64,000 nt of DNA. Origin: Oligoflexia bacterium (GTDB lineage: Bacteria > Bdellovibrionota > Bdellovibrionia > JABDDW01). The translations under genes and the position numbers were made by a program. Within the stretch, counting starts at the first letter, position 1; each line of letters starts with the position of its first letter. The DNA lies in the NCBI GenBank assembly GCA_043732305.1, contig JAYTHU010000031.1, forward strand, positions 4,739-68,738. The letters are read 5' to 3'. Below, piece by piece: positions 38,676-49,755 of the stretch. The notes beneath the pieces were generated by a model. That model saw only the letters and a program-made list of their open reading frames with translations, had not been told where the DNA came from and searched no databases.

Positions 38676-40955
38676 ATGCCCTTTGAAAAAGACGCGCTTG
38701 AGTATCATAGTTCTGGTCGCAAGGGAAAAATCGAAGTCGTTTCCACCAAGCCCTGCTTCACTTCGCGAGATCTTTCGCTCGCTTATACACCTGGCGTTGC
38801 TGAGCCGTGTAAAGCCATCGCTAAGGACGAAGAAAAAGTTTACGAATACACAACCAAAGGTAATTTGGTCGCAGTCATTTCGAACGGAACAGCCGTTTTA
38901 GGTCTAGGCAATATTGGCCCCTATGCCGGGAAACCCGTCATGGAAGGTAAAGGTATTTTATTTAAACGATTCGCGGATATCGATGTTTTCGATATTGAGT
39001 TAGACACTCAAGACCCCGTTAAATTTGTCGAGGCAGTTAGACTTCTTCAACCCACCTTTGGTGGAATCAATCTTGAAGACATCAAAGCTCCTGAATGTTT
39101 TTACATCGAAGAAGAACTCAAGAAAATCATGAAGATCCCCGTTTTTCATGATGATCAACATGGAACAGCCATTATCAGTGGCGCCGCATTCATCAATGCG
39201 CTAGAAATCACCGGAAAAAAAGCTGACGAAGTCAAAGTTGTTTTCAATGGTGGCGGTGCCGCAGCTATTGCGTGCGCTAAACTTTTTGTAAGTCTTGGCG
39301 TTCAGTACAAAAATCTTTTGATGTGTGACACCAAAGGAGTGATTTACAAGGGCCGCACTGAAGGCATGAACAAATATAAAGAAATCTTTGCCGCGGAAAC
39401 AGCCAGACGCACTCTGACTGACGCGCTCATTGGTGCAGACGTTTTTGTAGGTGTCAGTGTCAAAGGCGCTGTCACCAAAGACATGCTCATGGGCATGGCA
39501 AAAGGTCCTATTGTTTTTGCAATGGCCAATCCCGACCCCGAAATCTCGTACGAAGACGCTATTGCTGCTAGACCCGATGTTTTGATGGCTACTGGCCGCA
39601 GTGATTATCCTAATCAAGTGAATAACGTTTTGGGTTTCCCGTTTATTTTCCGCGGGGCACTCGATGTCCGCGCGACTACCATAAATGAGGAAATGAAAAT
39701 TGCAGCAGTGCACGCACTTGCTCAATTGGCGCGCGAAGATGTTCCCGATTCCGTTTCACGCGCCTACGGCGGGAAGAAATTTAAATTTGGTCCTGAATAT
39801 ATTATTCCGAAACCTTTTGATCCCCGTGTTTTACTCTGGGTTGCTCCCGCAGTCGCAGAAGCTGCCGGTAAATCCGGAGTCGCCAAAAACCCCATCAAAA
39901 ATATGGCGGAATATAAAGAACAGCTCGAAAAGCTTTTAGGGACATCTCGCGGAATCATTCGAAACGTCATCAACAAAGTCAAACACACCTCTAGCAACTC
40001 TTCATTGCCTTCGATTGTTTTCCCCGAAGGCTACAACGATAAAGTTTTAAGAGCATGCAACGCTATTTTAGAAGAAGGAATGGCACGCCCCATTATATTG
40101 GGCAATGAAACCAACGTCCGCAATCGAATCAAAGAACTAGATTTAAAAATACTCAATAATGTTCCGATCATTCAGCCCATCAAATCGCCAAAGTTTGCAG
40201 TTTATGCTCGAAAATTTCATGACATGCGAAAACGCAAAGGTCTCACACTCGCTGAAAGCGAACGTTTGATCTATGACCCAAATTATTTTGGCGCCATGAT
40301 GGTTCACATGGGCGATGCCGATGGATTCATCAATGGAGTCACGCAAAGTTATCCTGAAGGTGTCAGACCCATTCTGCGTGTGCTTGGTGTGAACCCCGGC
40401 GAAGTCGCATCTGGCCTTTACATGATGGTCATGAAAAATCGCCTGCTCTTTTTTGCCGACACCACAGTAAACATTGATCCGACAGCAGAAGAATTAGCCA
40501 TCATTGCTATTCACAGTGCAGACACTGCTCGTTTTTTTGACGTCGAGCCTCGCATTGCCATGCTGAGCTTTTCTAACTTCGGCAGCATGAAAGCAGCAAC
40601 GACTGTAAAAATGCAAAGGGCTGCAGAAATCGTCAGACAGAAACGTCCAGATCTTATTGTCGATGGAGAAATGCAGGCCGATGCGGCCGTTGATCCAAGA
40701 ATAATTAAAGAGCAATTTCCTTTCTGCGAAATCAAAGATGGCGCGAACGTTTTGATTTTCCCCGATTTAAATTCTGGGAACATTTCATACAAACTCATGC
40801 AGCGCTTAGGCGGAGCGGAAGCTATCGGTCCCATTTTGATGGGCGTGACCAAACCTGCCAACACCATGCAACGTGCAGTAGATGTGAATGACATAGTAAA
40901 TATGGCAGCCATCACGGCCATTCAATGTCAAAGTTTGAGAAATCCAAACGCATGA
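38676..40955 (+). CDS. maeB: NADP-dependent malic enzyme with C-terminal phosphotransacetylase-like domain
   Basis: Malic-enzyme N-domain motifs ([21 protein letters not shown]) plus the ~330-aa PTA-like C-terminal domain. 759 aa. Confidence 0.85.
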   Translation: MPFEKDALEYHSSGRKGKIEVVSTKPCFTSRDLSLAYTPGVAEPCKAIAKDEEKVYEYTTKGNLVAVISNGTAVLGLGNIGPYAGKPVMEGKGILFKRFADIDVFDIELDTQDPVKFVEAVRLLQPTFGGINLEDIKAPECFYIEEELKKIMKIPVFHDDQHGTAIISGAAFINALEITGKKADEVKVVFNGGGAAAIACAKLFVSLGVQYKNLLMCDTKGVIYKGRTEGMNKYKEIFAAETARRTLTDALIGADVFVGVSVKGAVTKDMLMGMAKGPIVFAMANPDPEISYEDAIAARPDVLMATGRSDYPNQVNNVLGFPFIFRGALDVRATTINEEMKIAAVHALAQLAREDVPDSVSRAYGGKKFKFGPEYIIPKPFDPRVLLWVAPAVAEAAGKSGVAKNPIKNMAEYKEQLEKLLGTSRGIIRNVINKVKHTSSNSSLPSIVFPEGYNDKVLRACNAILEEGMARPIILGNETNVRNRIKELDLKILNNVPIIQPIKSPKFAVYARKFHDMRKRKGLTLAESERLIYDPNYFGAMMVHMGDADGFINGVTQSYPEGVRPILRVLGVNPGEVASGLYMMVMKNRLLFFADTTVNIDPTAEELAIIAIHSADTARFFDVEPRIAMLSFSNFGSMKAATTVKMQRAAEIVRQKRPDLIVDGEMQADAAVDPRIIKEQFPFCEIKDGANVLIFPDLNSGNISYKLMQRLGGAEAIGPILMGVTKPANTMQRAVDVNDIVNMAAITAIQCQSLRNPNA

Positions 40956-42211
40956 TTGATTTAGGTACTCAGCAAGAAAAAGTAATTCTGTGCGGAGTCG
41001 GATTAAGATCCGATCCTACGGGGCAAATCCAAGACAACTTGAATGAACTGGCTCTTCTTTGCGAAACCGCGGGCGGACTTGTTGTCGGAATCACGTCTCA
41101 AAAACTAGAAAGAATTGTCTCATCCACATTTATTGGCAAAGGCAAGGTAGAAGAACTCGCTAAACTCCGTGAGGAAACTGGCGCTAACTTAGTGATTATA
41201 GATGCTAAACTTTCTGGCGCTCAGCAAAGAAATCTGCATGAAATTATCAAGTGCCGAGTCATTGATCGATCACAGCTTATCATAGATATTTTTGCTCAAC
41301 GTGCACGCACTCGAGAGGGTCAGCTTCAAGTTGAACTGGCACAATTGAAAGATCAATTGCCTCGTTTGATCGGGGAAGCCATCGCAGGTTTATCCAAACT
41401 CGCCGGCGGAATTGGAACCAGAGGTCCTGGTGAAACTAAACTTGAAATGGATAGGCGAAAGGTCAAAGAAAAAATCGAACACGTGACCAAAGAATTGGAA
41501 CATGTTCGAAAATCTCGAGCACTGCATCGGTCACGAAGAAAATCTTCGCACATTTCTACTTTGGCTCTGGTTGGTTACACCAACTCCGGAAAATCAACGC
41601 TTTTGAATGTGATGACAAATGCTAACGTGGTCGCCGAAAATAAATTATTTGTAACCCTCGATCCCACCACTCGAAAATTATTTTTACCAAGTGGACGCCA
41701 AGCCGTCATAACGGACACCGTCGGTTTTATCAATAAACTTCCCACGCATTTGATTGAAGCTTTCAAAGCGACATTTGAAGAAATCAAAGAAGCTGACATG
41801 GTTTTGCATGTTCACGATTCTTGTCACCCACTTTATGCTCAGCATGCTCAAACGGTGATTGGTTTGCTTGCCGAATTAGAAGTGGATCCGAAAAAAATCT
41901 TCAACGTTTACAATAAAATGGATTTGATTGGGACTGCACTCGACAAGCAGATTGCACGTATTTCTCCATTCGTGAATGTGTCAGCCTTGACTGGTACCGG
42001 GCTCAAAGAACTTGTCACTGCTATTGAAGAGTCATTCGAGTCTCAAGTTTTCCCTGTGGATCTTTACCTGCCAACCAGTGACCCCCGACTTATTTTCAAA
42101 CTTGCTCGTGATGGTAAGATTCTCTCACAGGAATCCGGACCCAACATCACTCACTGCAAGGTGGAACTGAGCGAAGAAGCTCTGCAACGATGGTCAGAGT
42201 ACCTGGGTTAA
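40952..42211 (+). CDS. hflX: GTPase HflX
   Basis: HflX N-domain followed by the G-domain ([19 protein letters not shown]). ATGA-type 4-nt overlap with the maeB stop. Confidence 0.8.
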   Translation: MIDLGTQQEKVILCGVGLRSDPTGQIQDNLNELALLCETAGGLVVGITSQKLERIVSSTFIGKGKVEELAKLREETGANLVIIDAKLSGAQQRNLHEIIKCRVIDRSQLIIDIFAQRARTREGQLQVELAQLKDQLPRLIGEAIAGLSKLAGGIGTRGPGETKLEMDRRKVKEKIEHVTKELEHVRKSRALHRSRRKSSHISTLALVGYTNSGKSTLLNVMTNANVVAENKLFVTLDPTTRKLFLPSGRQAVITDTVGFINKLPTHLIEAFKATFEEIKEADMVLHVHDSCHPLYAQHAQTVIGLLAELEVDPKKIFNVYNKMDLIGTALDKQIARISPFVNVSALTGTGLKELVTAIEESFESQVFPVDLYLPTSDPRLIFKLARDGKILSQESGPNITHCKVELSEEALQRWSEYLG

Positions 42212-42340
42212 AGAAAGTTACTGTGCTTTTGGAGGAGCCCAAGGGCTCGAGAAATCGTAATTTAGTTTTTCTCGACCAGTGATTTCAATTTTTGCTTTGC
42301 TGAAACTTTCCATTCCAGACTTTTTGCCCTTCATAGACGA

Positions 42341-42541
42341 TCAAAATCCACTGACCATTTCAATTGGTAGATGATGAATACCTTGGGCTTCTAGTCTTCT
42401 AAAAAGAACAACTGCGCCAATTTTAGCAAAAAGAATTCCACCAACAGAAACGCCAGCAGGATCTTTCACACGAATTGTAAACCCTTCGCCAACCCGAAAC
42501 TGGCGCATTTTCTCTTCAAGATATTTCGTGTCTCTGTTCAT
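42341..42541 (-). CDS. small hypothetical protein (66 aa)
   Basis: ORF only, at the tail of the lolC-like operon. Confidence 0.25.
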   Translation of the reverse strand: MNRDTKYLEEKMRQFRVGEGFTIRVKDPAGVSVGGILFAKIGAVVLFRRLEAQGIHHLPIEMVSGF

Positions 42542-42630
42542 TGAAGAATTTTAAGCGAAGGATCTTTAAAAGAATTCGGAGTATCCGAAATAAATCCTCG
42601 AGAGCCTTTGGCACTCCGAATTACGGTATT

Positions 42631-43872
42631 TTAGGAGCGAAAGCTATCGAGAGGATCTGTGTTTGCGACCTTGATAGCAGGGCCGATGGCGCTGAGAAAA
42701 GTCAGAATAGCCCCAAGCAAGACAATTCCAGCTATGACTAAAAATTCAATTTTTACCGGAAAGTGAGTGTCTAAAAAAACATCGGGCAGATGAATAATAG
42801 GGAAAGTTTTTATGACCCAACAAATCAAAAGTCCGAGGAGAGTTCCACTTCCAATCCCCAAAGCTCCAAGAATCAAACCAATGTAAATAAAAATAGCCAT
42901 GATCTGTTTCTTCTTGGCGCCTAGAGCTTTTAAAATTCCTACGTCCTTTTCTTTTTCTGTCACCAGTAGAAACAAAACGGACATGATAGAAAAACTGCTA
43001 ATTAAAATAGTTAGACCCAGAAACATGCTCATGAGCCGTTTTTCCATTTTGAGCGAATAAAAAAGAGCTGAATTGAGATCCTGCCAAGTCTTCACACCGG
43101 TCACTCCCTCAGCAATTAATCGCTCTTTGACCTGCAGAGCGTAGTCGGGACTAGGAAGCATAATTTCAAAACCGCTTTCAAGAGAAGCTGTGTCACGAAA
43201 TTTCCGCAGACCATTGACTTGGGAATCCTGGCGAAAATAAATGTATTTCGAATCATAATCAGAGAAATCTGCTCGCAAAAGTGCACGCACTTTTACTTTT
43301 TGGTAAGTCGGAGTTTCTCCAGGAACAAGTAAACTCTCGGGTGAAATAACGGTCACTTCATCCCCTTCAAAAACTCCAAGACTTCGAGCTAGATCAACAC
43401 CAATGGCAATTTCATCTTTTCCTAAAAGTAACTTTTCATCAGAAGACTTTGTCTTGCCGGTGGAATAAGTGCCGTTTGCATCTTCAATAATTTCAACCGA
43501 ATGACCAACTCTTTTACCCATCTGATTGATACGTGAAAGTTCGGCGCCGTAAGCTTCGGCACCAGTAAAAAGACCATCCACTGTTCGCACGATCACGTCT
43601 TGACGACTAAAAGATGTCATGGACTGCGTAGAGATATCTTTTTTGAGTGTTATTTCCTGCGCAGGTGTCAGACCGGTAATAGTGAGGTGTGGCTGAGAGT
43701 GCAAAAGTCTTTTCTCAATCGCTTCGTCGAAGCCGCTCATCACCGATAAAACCACAATCATTGTCAAAACACCAAGTGAAATGCCCGAGATTGAAATCCA
43801 CGCAAGGACACGGACGACGGATGAATGCGACGACGTCAGCAGGTAACGTTTTAAGAAAAGCTTCTCTAACAT
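42631..43872 (-). CDS. FtsX-family ABC permease (LolC/LolE-like)
   Basis: N-terminal TM, large periplasmic loop, then a C-terminal FtsX 3-TM bundle (LGAKKKQIMAIFIYIGLILG...). 413 aa. Confidence 0.7.
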   Translation of the reverse strand: MLEKLFLKRYLLTSSHSSVVRVLAWISISGISLGVLTMIVVLSVMSGFDEAIEKRLLHSQPHLTITGLTPAQEITLKKDISTQSMTSFSRQDVIVRTVDGLFTGAEAYGAELSRINQMGKRVGHSVEIIEDANGTYSTGKTKSSDEKLLLGKDEIAIGVDLARSLGVFEGDEVTVISPESLLVPGETPTYQKVKVRALLRADFSDYDSKYIYFRQDSQVNGLRKFRDTASLESGFEIMLPSPDYALQVKERLIAEGVTGVKTWQDLNSALFYSLKMEKRLMSMFLGLTILISSFSIMSVLFLLVTEKEKDVGILKALGAKKKQIMAIFIYIGLILGALGIGSGTLLGLLICWVIKTFPIIHLPDVFLDTHFPVKIEFLVIAGIVLLGAILTFLSAIGPAIKVANTDPLDSFRS

Positions 43873-43876
43873 TTTC

Positions 43877-44329
43877 CTATTTGATTATACTTTTTCGAAT
43901 TTTTCCAAGGAAATCAAACAAACGATGAATAGGTTGACCAAGCGCCGCTTTTAATTGCAATGAAGACTTGGCGCTTTTCTTAAAATTAGAGATCATTTGC
44001 TTTCGCAAAATCTCCTCTAAGCTCTCTTTCTCCAAAATATTCAATGCCATTTTCACGGCCTCGAAATTTGGAGATGAATCAAATCGAACAGCTTGAGTGA
44101 CATTGCCCTCTTTACCTGACTCGACAACTAAGCCTGTCTTGATCCCCTCGACACAATTCCACTCTGTCAGTTGACCATGAAACATGAGCTGTTGTTTGAT
44201 GACCTGTTTTGCGCCGTTGATCCATGTGACAAGATCCGCATTGCCTTCACTGCGATACCAAAAGCTCACAACCTCTTGAGGTTTGCCCTTGGTTGGAACC
44301 TGAATGACGTTCATGGCCATCATTTTCAT
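43877..44329 (-). CDS. hypothetical protein
   Basis: 150-aa ORF between mlaD-like and the FtsX permease. No recognised domain. Confidence 0.4.
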   Translation of the reverse strand: MKMMAMNVIQVPTKGKPQEVVSFWYRSEGNADLVTWINGAKQVIKQQLMFHGQLTEWNCVEGIKTGLVVESGKEGNVTQAVRFDSSPNFEAVKMALNILEKESLEEILRKQMISNFKKSAKSSLQLKAALGQPIHRLFDFLGKIRKSIIK

Positions 44330-45279
44330 TGGCTTGCAGGAATTCTTTGTTGTTTCTTGAGAAGCTCAGCTGCGACGGCAGCGGCTTCTTCTTCTTTTAC
44401 TTCTTTAACCGAACTCTTCAGTAAAAAAGAGCGCTGCATGGCTTTTAGAACCACCACGGCTTCACGAATAGCTTGCACACTCTGTGCGCTCACCTCAGGA
44501 ATTTGGGGCGCAACCTGCGCGATTACGGGGAGAATTTTATTTAGTTCTTCCGTCGTCTTTTTAAGTTCAGACATGACGGCCATGCTATCAGCGCCAAGCC
44601 TTGGAAGATTTTTGGAAAACTCTTTTACCTGAGGTAAAAGTTCTGCAGTTTCTTGCAAAGTTTTAGCAAGATTTTTTCGACGAGTCATCTGCTCCGCCAT
44701 TTCGTTTAAATTCCGCATGGTAGGAAGTGCTTGATCGAATATTCCAATAAATTCTTCAGAACGCTTAGGATCGGAAAAAGCCTGAGCCACAAATTGTAAG
44801 TTCTTAAGTAGCGAATCAAGAGTTTTAAGATACGGTCCCAAGTGGCCGCCACCAAGCAAATCCATAAGATCTATGGTCTCCTCGCTTGCAATCCACTCGC
44901 CAGATTTTGTAATATCGCCTGAGCTGCCGGCTGTTATCTCAAGTGATTTATCACCAATGATAAAAGGTCTGATCACTCGCGCAATAGAATCTTTTTTTAT
45001 TTTCTTAGCAAAATCAGAACGTACACTGAGGGTGACTTCAATCTGATTGTCTTCGGTGATGTTTACTTTTTCTACAGATCCAGCTCTCAGACCTAGCATT
45101 TGCACGGCAGTGCCAGCATGCAACCCATCTCCCTGAACGAGCTTTGTTTTAAAGGTAGATCGACTTGCAAACCAACCTTGTTTCATAGCAATGAAAATTG
45201 TAAACACAGCAAAACCCACGAAGCTTATCGCAACAAATAATCCGGCGGTTTTCTCTATTTTACTAAACTGCTCGCGCAT
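44326..45279 (-). CDS. MCE/MlaD-family substrate-binding protein
   Basis: N-terminal TM plus MCE domain (LGLRAGSVEKVNITEDNQIEVTLSV...). Long coiled C-terminal region. Confidence 0.7.
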   Translation of the reverse strand: MREQFSKIEKTAGLFVAISFVGFAVFTIFIAMKQGWFASRSTFKTKLVQGDGLHAGTAVQMLGLRAGSVEKVNITEDNQIEVTLSVRSDFAKKIKKDSIARVIRPFIIGDKSLEITAGSSGDITKSGEWIASEETIDLMDLLGGGHLGPYLKTLDSLLKNLQFVAQAFSDPKRSEEFIGIFDQALPTMRNLNEMAEQMTRRKNLAKTLQETAELLPQVKEFSKNLPRLGADSMAVMSELKKTTEELNKILPVIAQVAPQIPEVSAQSVQAIREAVVVLKAMQRSFLLKSSVKEVKEEEAAAVAAELLKKQQRIPASQ

Positions 45280-45964
45280 CGAGCTTGCCTTCCTTCAACG
45301 TCCATTGTTTTGCACCAATGCTCTCAACAAATTTAGCATCTTGAGTGCTGAAGAGCAGAAGACTGTCCTTCACACTTACTTCTCGGAATTTTTTAATCCA
45401 TTTCTTAAGTGATTCTACCGCTTCTTCACCAATGCCTAGACTAGGCTCGTCCAGAAAAATAATTTGCGGGTTCACAAGAAAACAACGCACGATCCCCGTC
45501 ACCTTACGCACGCTTGGAGAAACTTCGTCTGGCTTTAAGTCCAGGAATTTCGCGAGTTTAAAATCGGAAACCAAAGCGTCGTACAGGTCCTGACTTCGCT
45601 GAGATCTCCACTGATTGTGATAATTGAGTGAAAGTTTTAAGTTTTCGTCGATAGTTTTATTCATCATCACACCGCCATTTTCAAAACAAAAAGCCGTGCT
45701 GAGTTTGAGAGGAATCAATTCTTCGAAAGGAAGAACATTCACATTTTTGTTATTGTATAGCACTTGTCCACTGGTAGGCCGACTAAGCCCCGCGATAATT
45801 TTTAGCAGCAAGGATTTACCTGAAGAATCTCCACCGTATATCGCAATGCATTCGCCGAGCGGAATCTCAACGTTGATCGAGTCCAAAATTTCTTCCCGAG
45901 TTTCAAATTTGAGTGAAATATTTTCCAATATAATTTTTATGACGCGCTCTCGGGGTTTAATCAC
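45263..45964 (-). CDS. ABC transporter ATP-binding protein (MlaF-like) with degenerate signature motif
   Basis: Walker A GGDSSGKS and Walker B IIFLDEP are present. The LSGGQ signature position reads VSPSV. Confidence 0.6.
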   Translation of the reverse strand: MIKPRERVIKIILENISLKFETREEILDSINVEIPLGECIAIYGGDSSGKSLLLKIIAGLSRPTSGQVLYNNKNVNVLPFEELIPLKLSTAFCFENGGVMMNKTIDENLKLSLNYHNQWRSQRSQDLYDALVSDFKLAKFLDLKPDEVSPSVRKVTGIVRCFLVNPQIIFLDEPSLGIGEEAVESLKKWIKKFREVSVKDSLLLFSTQDAKFVESIGAKQWTLKEGKLDARAV

Positions 45965-46782
45965 AATATCCCCAATTGCTTTAAGCTTTGAAGGTAAACG
46001 CCTAACGAGACTAGGCTATTGAATGAGACCGTGTAAAGGATGCTGTTCATAACCGCACTCGTTGTCATTCTTGGAACCTCGGTGAATGAACTCTTCACAC
46101 TCATGCCCTGATAGCAAGAAACACTGAAAATAATCAGGCCGCTAAAAATATTTTTAAGAAGAAAGAGCAAGACATCAGTTCCAGAGATCGCATTGGCAAT
46201 GCTCTCAGAGAAAAAATCGAAAGAAATGGGATGAATGATATTTACTAAAAAATAACCACCAAAGAGAGCCACCATGCTGAAGAAAAATCCCAAGCAAACC
46301 ACACTGACCACGCCTGCCACAATTCGGGGAAAGACAATATAACTCAATGGATTTATTCCCACGCTTTCAAGCAGGGTGATCTCGCTATTCACACGCATAT
46401 TGCCAATCTCACTAGCCACGGCGGTTCCTGAACGCGCAATCACCACCAATGCCACAATGAGAGGGCCAAGTTCCCTCACAATTAAAACCACCAGTAGATT
46501 TCCGAGCATTTCTCCGCCACCCAGTTTAGACAACTGGGAAACACTCTGCAATATGGCGAATGATCCAGTGATGAGAGCAAGCAATCCAATCAAAGGCATG
46601 GCTTGAAAACCTGTGAAATAAATCTGTGCCAAAATGACTTTTAGAATTTCAATAAAACTTTGCTCGCGCATTCTTGTGATGGAAGTCTTCGTGGTGAAAT
46701 AAACCATCTTGCAGATTTCGAAGGAAAATAAGAAAAAATTGAGAATTTTGAGTCCAAGACGATTGGCTAGTTTTATAATCAC
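45961..46782 (-). CDS. MlaE-family ABC permease
   Basis: MlaE-type polytopic permease (273 aa). 4-nt overlap with the ATPase. Confidence 0.7.
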   Translation of the reverse strand: MIIKLANRLGLKILNFFLFSFEICKMVYFTTKTSITRMREQSFIEILKVILAQIYFTGFQAMPLIGLLALITGSFAILQSVSQLSKLGGGEMLGNLLVVLIVRELGPLIVALVVIARSGTAVASEIGNMRVNSEITLLESVGINPLSYIVFPRIVAGVVSVVCLGFFFSMVALFGGYFLVNIIHPISFDFFSESIANAISGTDVLLFLLKNIFSGLIIFSVSCYQGMSVKSSFTEVPRMTTSAVMNSILYTVSFNSLVSLGVYLQSLKQLGIL

Positions 46783-46860
46783 TGTCTTTACCTCCCATTT
46801 AACTGTCGGCCAGGCAAAGGAAGGGCTTTAGAATATATTGGCGCTAACCGAAAAATATTT

Positions 46861-47841
46861 ATGGACCAAAACTCTTATTGTGTCATGGCTATCGATGTCT
46901 TTATGAAAATGCAGGGACATATCCCGTTTGACGTTTACGTTAAACGCGCGGATAAAACCTTCACAAAAGTCTTTCAAAAGGGCGACATGATTGATCTTAA
47001 ACGCTTCGAAATTTATGTCACCAAAGGTGTTGATTCGATTTTCATTCTTAAAAAAGATCGTCGGCAATACATCAATTCCACTGACAAGATGATCACAAAG
47101 ATGTTGGGCGTGCAAAAGGTGAAATTGGCCGATGCCTCATTTGCAGTTCAAGAACTTACCGAACAAATTTTGTTTGAGATCTATGAAGACAATGTTTTTG
47201 ATGAAGAAACGTTGAACATCGCGCAACGCTATACAAAATCATTTGTGCAACTGATGAGACAAGACGTTTCGGTACTGACCGCATTTCTGAAAATGTCTCA
47301 CAATGAAACTTTCATGGTGAGACATTCCCTTTCGACCGCCATTTTTGGATTGCTTCTCGCAAAATCTGATGGAATCTCGAGCGATAAAATGCTGGAAATC
47401 ATTTGTCTTGGAGGACTACTTCACGATATTGGAATGTCGACGCTATCAAATGATCTTAACGTTTATGAAAAACCACTCAGCCGCTCGGAAGCAGTGCAAG
47501 TGAAAGCTCATACTGAGAATGGCACCAAACTCATAGACAAGATTCCGGATTTCCCCGAGGAAGTAAAACTCGTGATTCAACAACATCACGAGTCTTTCAA
47601 CGGCCAAGGATATCCGAACGGTCTATTTGGTGACAGTATTTTTTATCCCGCACGCGTGATCAACATTGCAGACGCATTCTCCGCCCTGACCACCCGTCAT
47701 GCCGGTCGCCAAATCTATACGCCCAGTCAAGCTATGGATTTGATGATTAGAGAAAAAGCTAAGTTTGATCCAAAGCTTTTAAAGAAATTCGAAGCGCTAT
47801 TTCAGCCACCGCGCACTCCTACAAAAAAAACAGCAGCATAA
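46861..47841 (+). CDS. HD-GYP domain protein (putative c-di-GMP phosphodiesterase)
   Basis: HD motif LLHDIGM, HHE..NGQGYPNGL (the GYP signature). 326 aa. Confidence 0.8.
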   Translation: MDQNSYCVMAIDVFMKMQGHIPFDVYVKRADKTFTKVFQKGDMIDLKRFEIYVTKGVDSIFILKKDRRQYINSTDKMITKMLGVQKVKLADASFAVQELTEQILFEIYEDNVFDEETLNIAQRYTKSFVQLMRQDVSVLTAFLKMSHNETFMVRHSLSTAIFGLLLAKSDGISSDKMLEIICLGGLLHDIGMSTLSNDLNVYEKPLSRSEAVQVKAHTENGTKLIDKIPDFPEEVKLVIQQHHESFNGQGYPNGLFGDSIFYPARVINIADAFSALTTRHAGRQIYTPSQAMDLMIREKAKFDPKLLKKFEALFQPPRTPTKKTAA

Positions 47842-47860
47842 AATCACAGACTGAAATCGC

Positions 47861-48442
47861 TTAAAAAATAAATACACGGTAAAAAACATATTTGTAGAAT
47901 TCGTCAAACGTGGTCACCCAAAGTTTTAAACCTTGAGTGCGGTCACTCGGCACCACGTACGGAATGATTGTCACAACCGGTGGAAACACATGCTCAAAAG
48001 TCTGCAGCGCACGATTCATATGATAATCAGACGTGATCAAGAGAATACTCTTACAACTCAAAGCTTCCACCAAAGCTAAACTCTGTTGGGCGTTTCCGGC
48101 AGTAGAATTAGAACGTCGTTCTAAAATAACTTTTTCCAAATCTATTTCCGGAGAAAAAACTACTTCAGGAATCATATCCATCAGTGTCGAGTGTTGATGA
48201 ACGCCAGAAATAATAAGTCTTTTGATTTGTCTGCGGCTCATTAGCGCGAGTCCTTCACGGATCCGCCCTGGCCCCCCAGTAAGAACGACACCACAATCAG
48301 CGCGACTATTGTAAGAACGCGGGAGAGTGCCTCTAATGATCTCTGAGTACTCGTTCATTCCAAAAATCGGAATAACAATCCACAAAAAGATCAATAGATA
48401 GATGAGATATTTAAATAGCCGCGATAATTTCGATTTCAACAT
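47861..48442 (-). CDS. DUF218 (YdcF/ElyC-like) domain protein
   Basis: GVVLTGGPGRIREG...ISGVHQ...LITSDYHMNRA is the DUF218 signature. The start is uncertain because the long ORF overlaps the ridA 3' end. Confidence 0.6.
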   Translation of the reverse strand: MLKSKLSRLFKYLIYLLIFLWIVIPIFGMNEYSEIIRGTLPRSYNSRADCGVVLTGGPGRIREGLALMSRRQIKRLIISGVHQHSTLMDMIPEVVFSPEIDLEKVILERRSNSTAGNAQQSLALVEALSCKSILLITSDYHMNRALQTFEHVFPPVVTIIPYVVPSDRTQGLKLWVTTFDEFYKYVFYRVFIF

Positions 48443-48794
48443 CAACCCCTTTAGGGAGAGCCGAAACTTCAACTGTGCTTCGCGCTGGTGGATTTTCTGT
48501 AAAATACCCACCGTAAACTTCATTGACCGCAGCAAAGTCACTCATGTTTTTTAGAAATATCGTGGTCTTGACGACATTTTTAAAATCGCCTCCAGCCTCA
48601 GTCAAAACGGCTTTAATATTTTTCATGACTAGTATGGCTTGTTCTGTGACAGTGCCTTTCAGCACTTCGTTGGTTGCAGGATCAATCGCGATTTGACCGC
48701 TACAAAATAGTAATCCATTAGAAAGCACGGCCTGACTGTAGGGGCCGACAGGAGCGGGAGCATGAGCGGTACGAATTATTTTTTTTCCGGACAT
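48411..48794 (-). CDS. ridA: RidA/YjgF-family reactive-intermediate deaminase
   Basis: PAPVGPYSQAV...GQIAIDP...TIFLKNMSDFAAVNEVY is canonical RidA. Start taken at MSGKKII. Confidence 0.8.
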   Translation of the reverse strand: MSGKKIIRTAHAPAPVGPYSQAVLSNGLLFCSGQIAIDPATNEVLKGTVTEQAILVMKNIKAVLTEAGGDFKNVVKTTIFLKNMSDFAAVNEVYGGYFTENPPARSTVEVSALPKGVDVEIEIIAAI

Positions 48795-48858
48795 TTGAAA
48801 ACCTCCAAGGTTTGAGATTACCATTTTGCCGGTTTAATAGAGCAAATGCCAATGAGAA

Positions 48859-49332
48859 TTAAACGATGCGGGTCTTTTTCTTTCCACTGCGCTTGTGCTC
48901 TTTAAGTGCTTGCCTGATCATAGGAGCCATATCTGCGATGTATTGAAAAATAGGATTTTTAAATTCAAACTCCATTGTTTCCACACCCATCAAAACGAGA
49001 TTAACCCAAAAAGTAGGGTCAGAAATCGTATTTTCATCTTTCCCATCAATCTTTTGTGATTCAATCCATAGTGCAACCCACCGGCTAACTGTCTGTTGAG
49101 TTTTAGTTTGAAGATCACGGACAGAGTTTTCCATTCGTTTAATAAAAAATAAAGGCAAACCAATTCCAAAAATGAGAACCCCTAAGCCAATGAACATCAT
49201 GGCTTCAGGTTGAACCATTCCAGTTTTAAAAAAATAAAACGCAGCCACTATTCCCGTGAACAATAAAAAGAAATTGATCAAGAGTAACGCTTGAAGATAT
49301 TTTTTTAACATTCGATATTTCGCTAAACTCAT
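48859..49332 (-). CDS. hypothetical membrane protein
   Basis: Two to three TM segments. No family recognised. Confidence 0.4.
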   Translation of the reverse strand: MSLAKYRMLKKYLQALLLINFFLLFTGIVAAFYFFKTGMVQPEAMMFIGLGVLIFGIGLPLFFIKRMENSVRDLQTKTQQTVSRWVALWIESQKIDGKDENTISDPTFWVNLVLMGVETMEFEFKNPIFQYIADMAPMIRQALKEHKRSGKKKTRIV

Positions 49333-49509
49333 ATGCTTCCTATCGGGTTGAAATCATCAGACCTAACCTAGACTCTGGTCCAAATATACTCAGCGTTGCT
49401 GACTCGAACACTCATCTGGGTTTGGCGGAATCGATACCGACAGGGTACACGTATATTTTCTAATTCCCTTGACGGCACATTTTTTATCTTCGATCATGTT
49501 TATAACATA

Positions 49510-49719
49510 ATGACGACACCAAAAAAAAACGACAAGCCTCAAAAAATTATTTTGCAATCCACTCTGATCGAACTTCAAAAAGCTTTCGATGATTGGGATA
49601 AAGTCGTTGTGCCCGAACCAGTGAAACCGGAAGTAGAAGGCGCAGAAACGGAAATTAGGAAAAAAACTCAAGAAATTTTACAGAAGCTCAATGAGCAAAT
49701 TAAAGAGTTCGACCTTTAA
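49510..49719 (+). CDS. small hypothetical protein (69 aa)
   Basis: Internal ATG of the 49396 ORF (MTTPKKNDKPQK...), charged helical. Confidence 0.3.
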   Translation: MTTPKKNDKPQKIILQSTLIELQKAFDDWDKVVVPEPVKPEVEGAETEIRKKTQEILQKLNEQIKEFDL

Positions 49720-49755
49720 CTTCCCGCTCTAGTAAGTTTCAAATTTTATAATTTT

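Noticed and set aside
42212-42340. Short inverted repeats (gagccc-aa-gggctc, tcgagaaa-N13-tttctcga) after hflX, as possible terminators.
   Set aside because: The stems are short, no U-tract follows, and there are several competing foldings. Too weak to call.
49440-49509. TTGACG ... TATAAC promoter-like hexamers upstream of the 69-aa ORF.
   Set aside because: The spacing is 26 nt, not 16-18, so I did not call a promoter from sequence alone.
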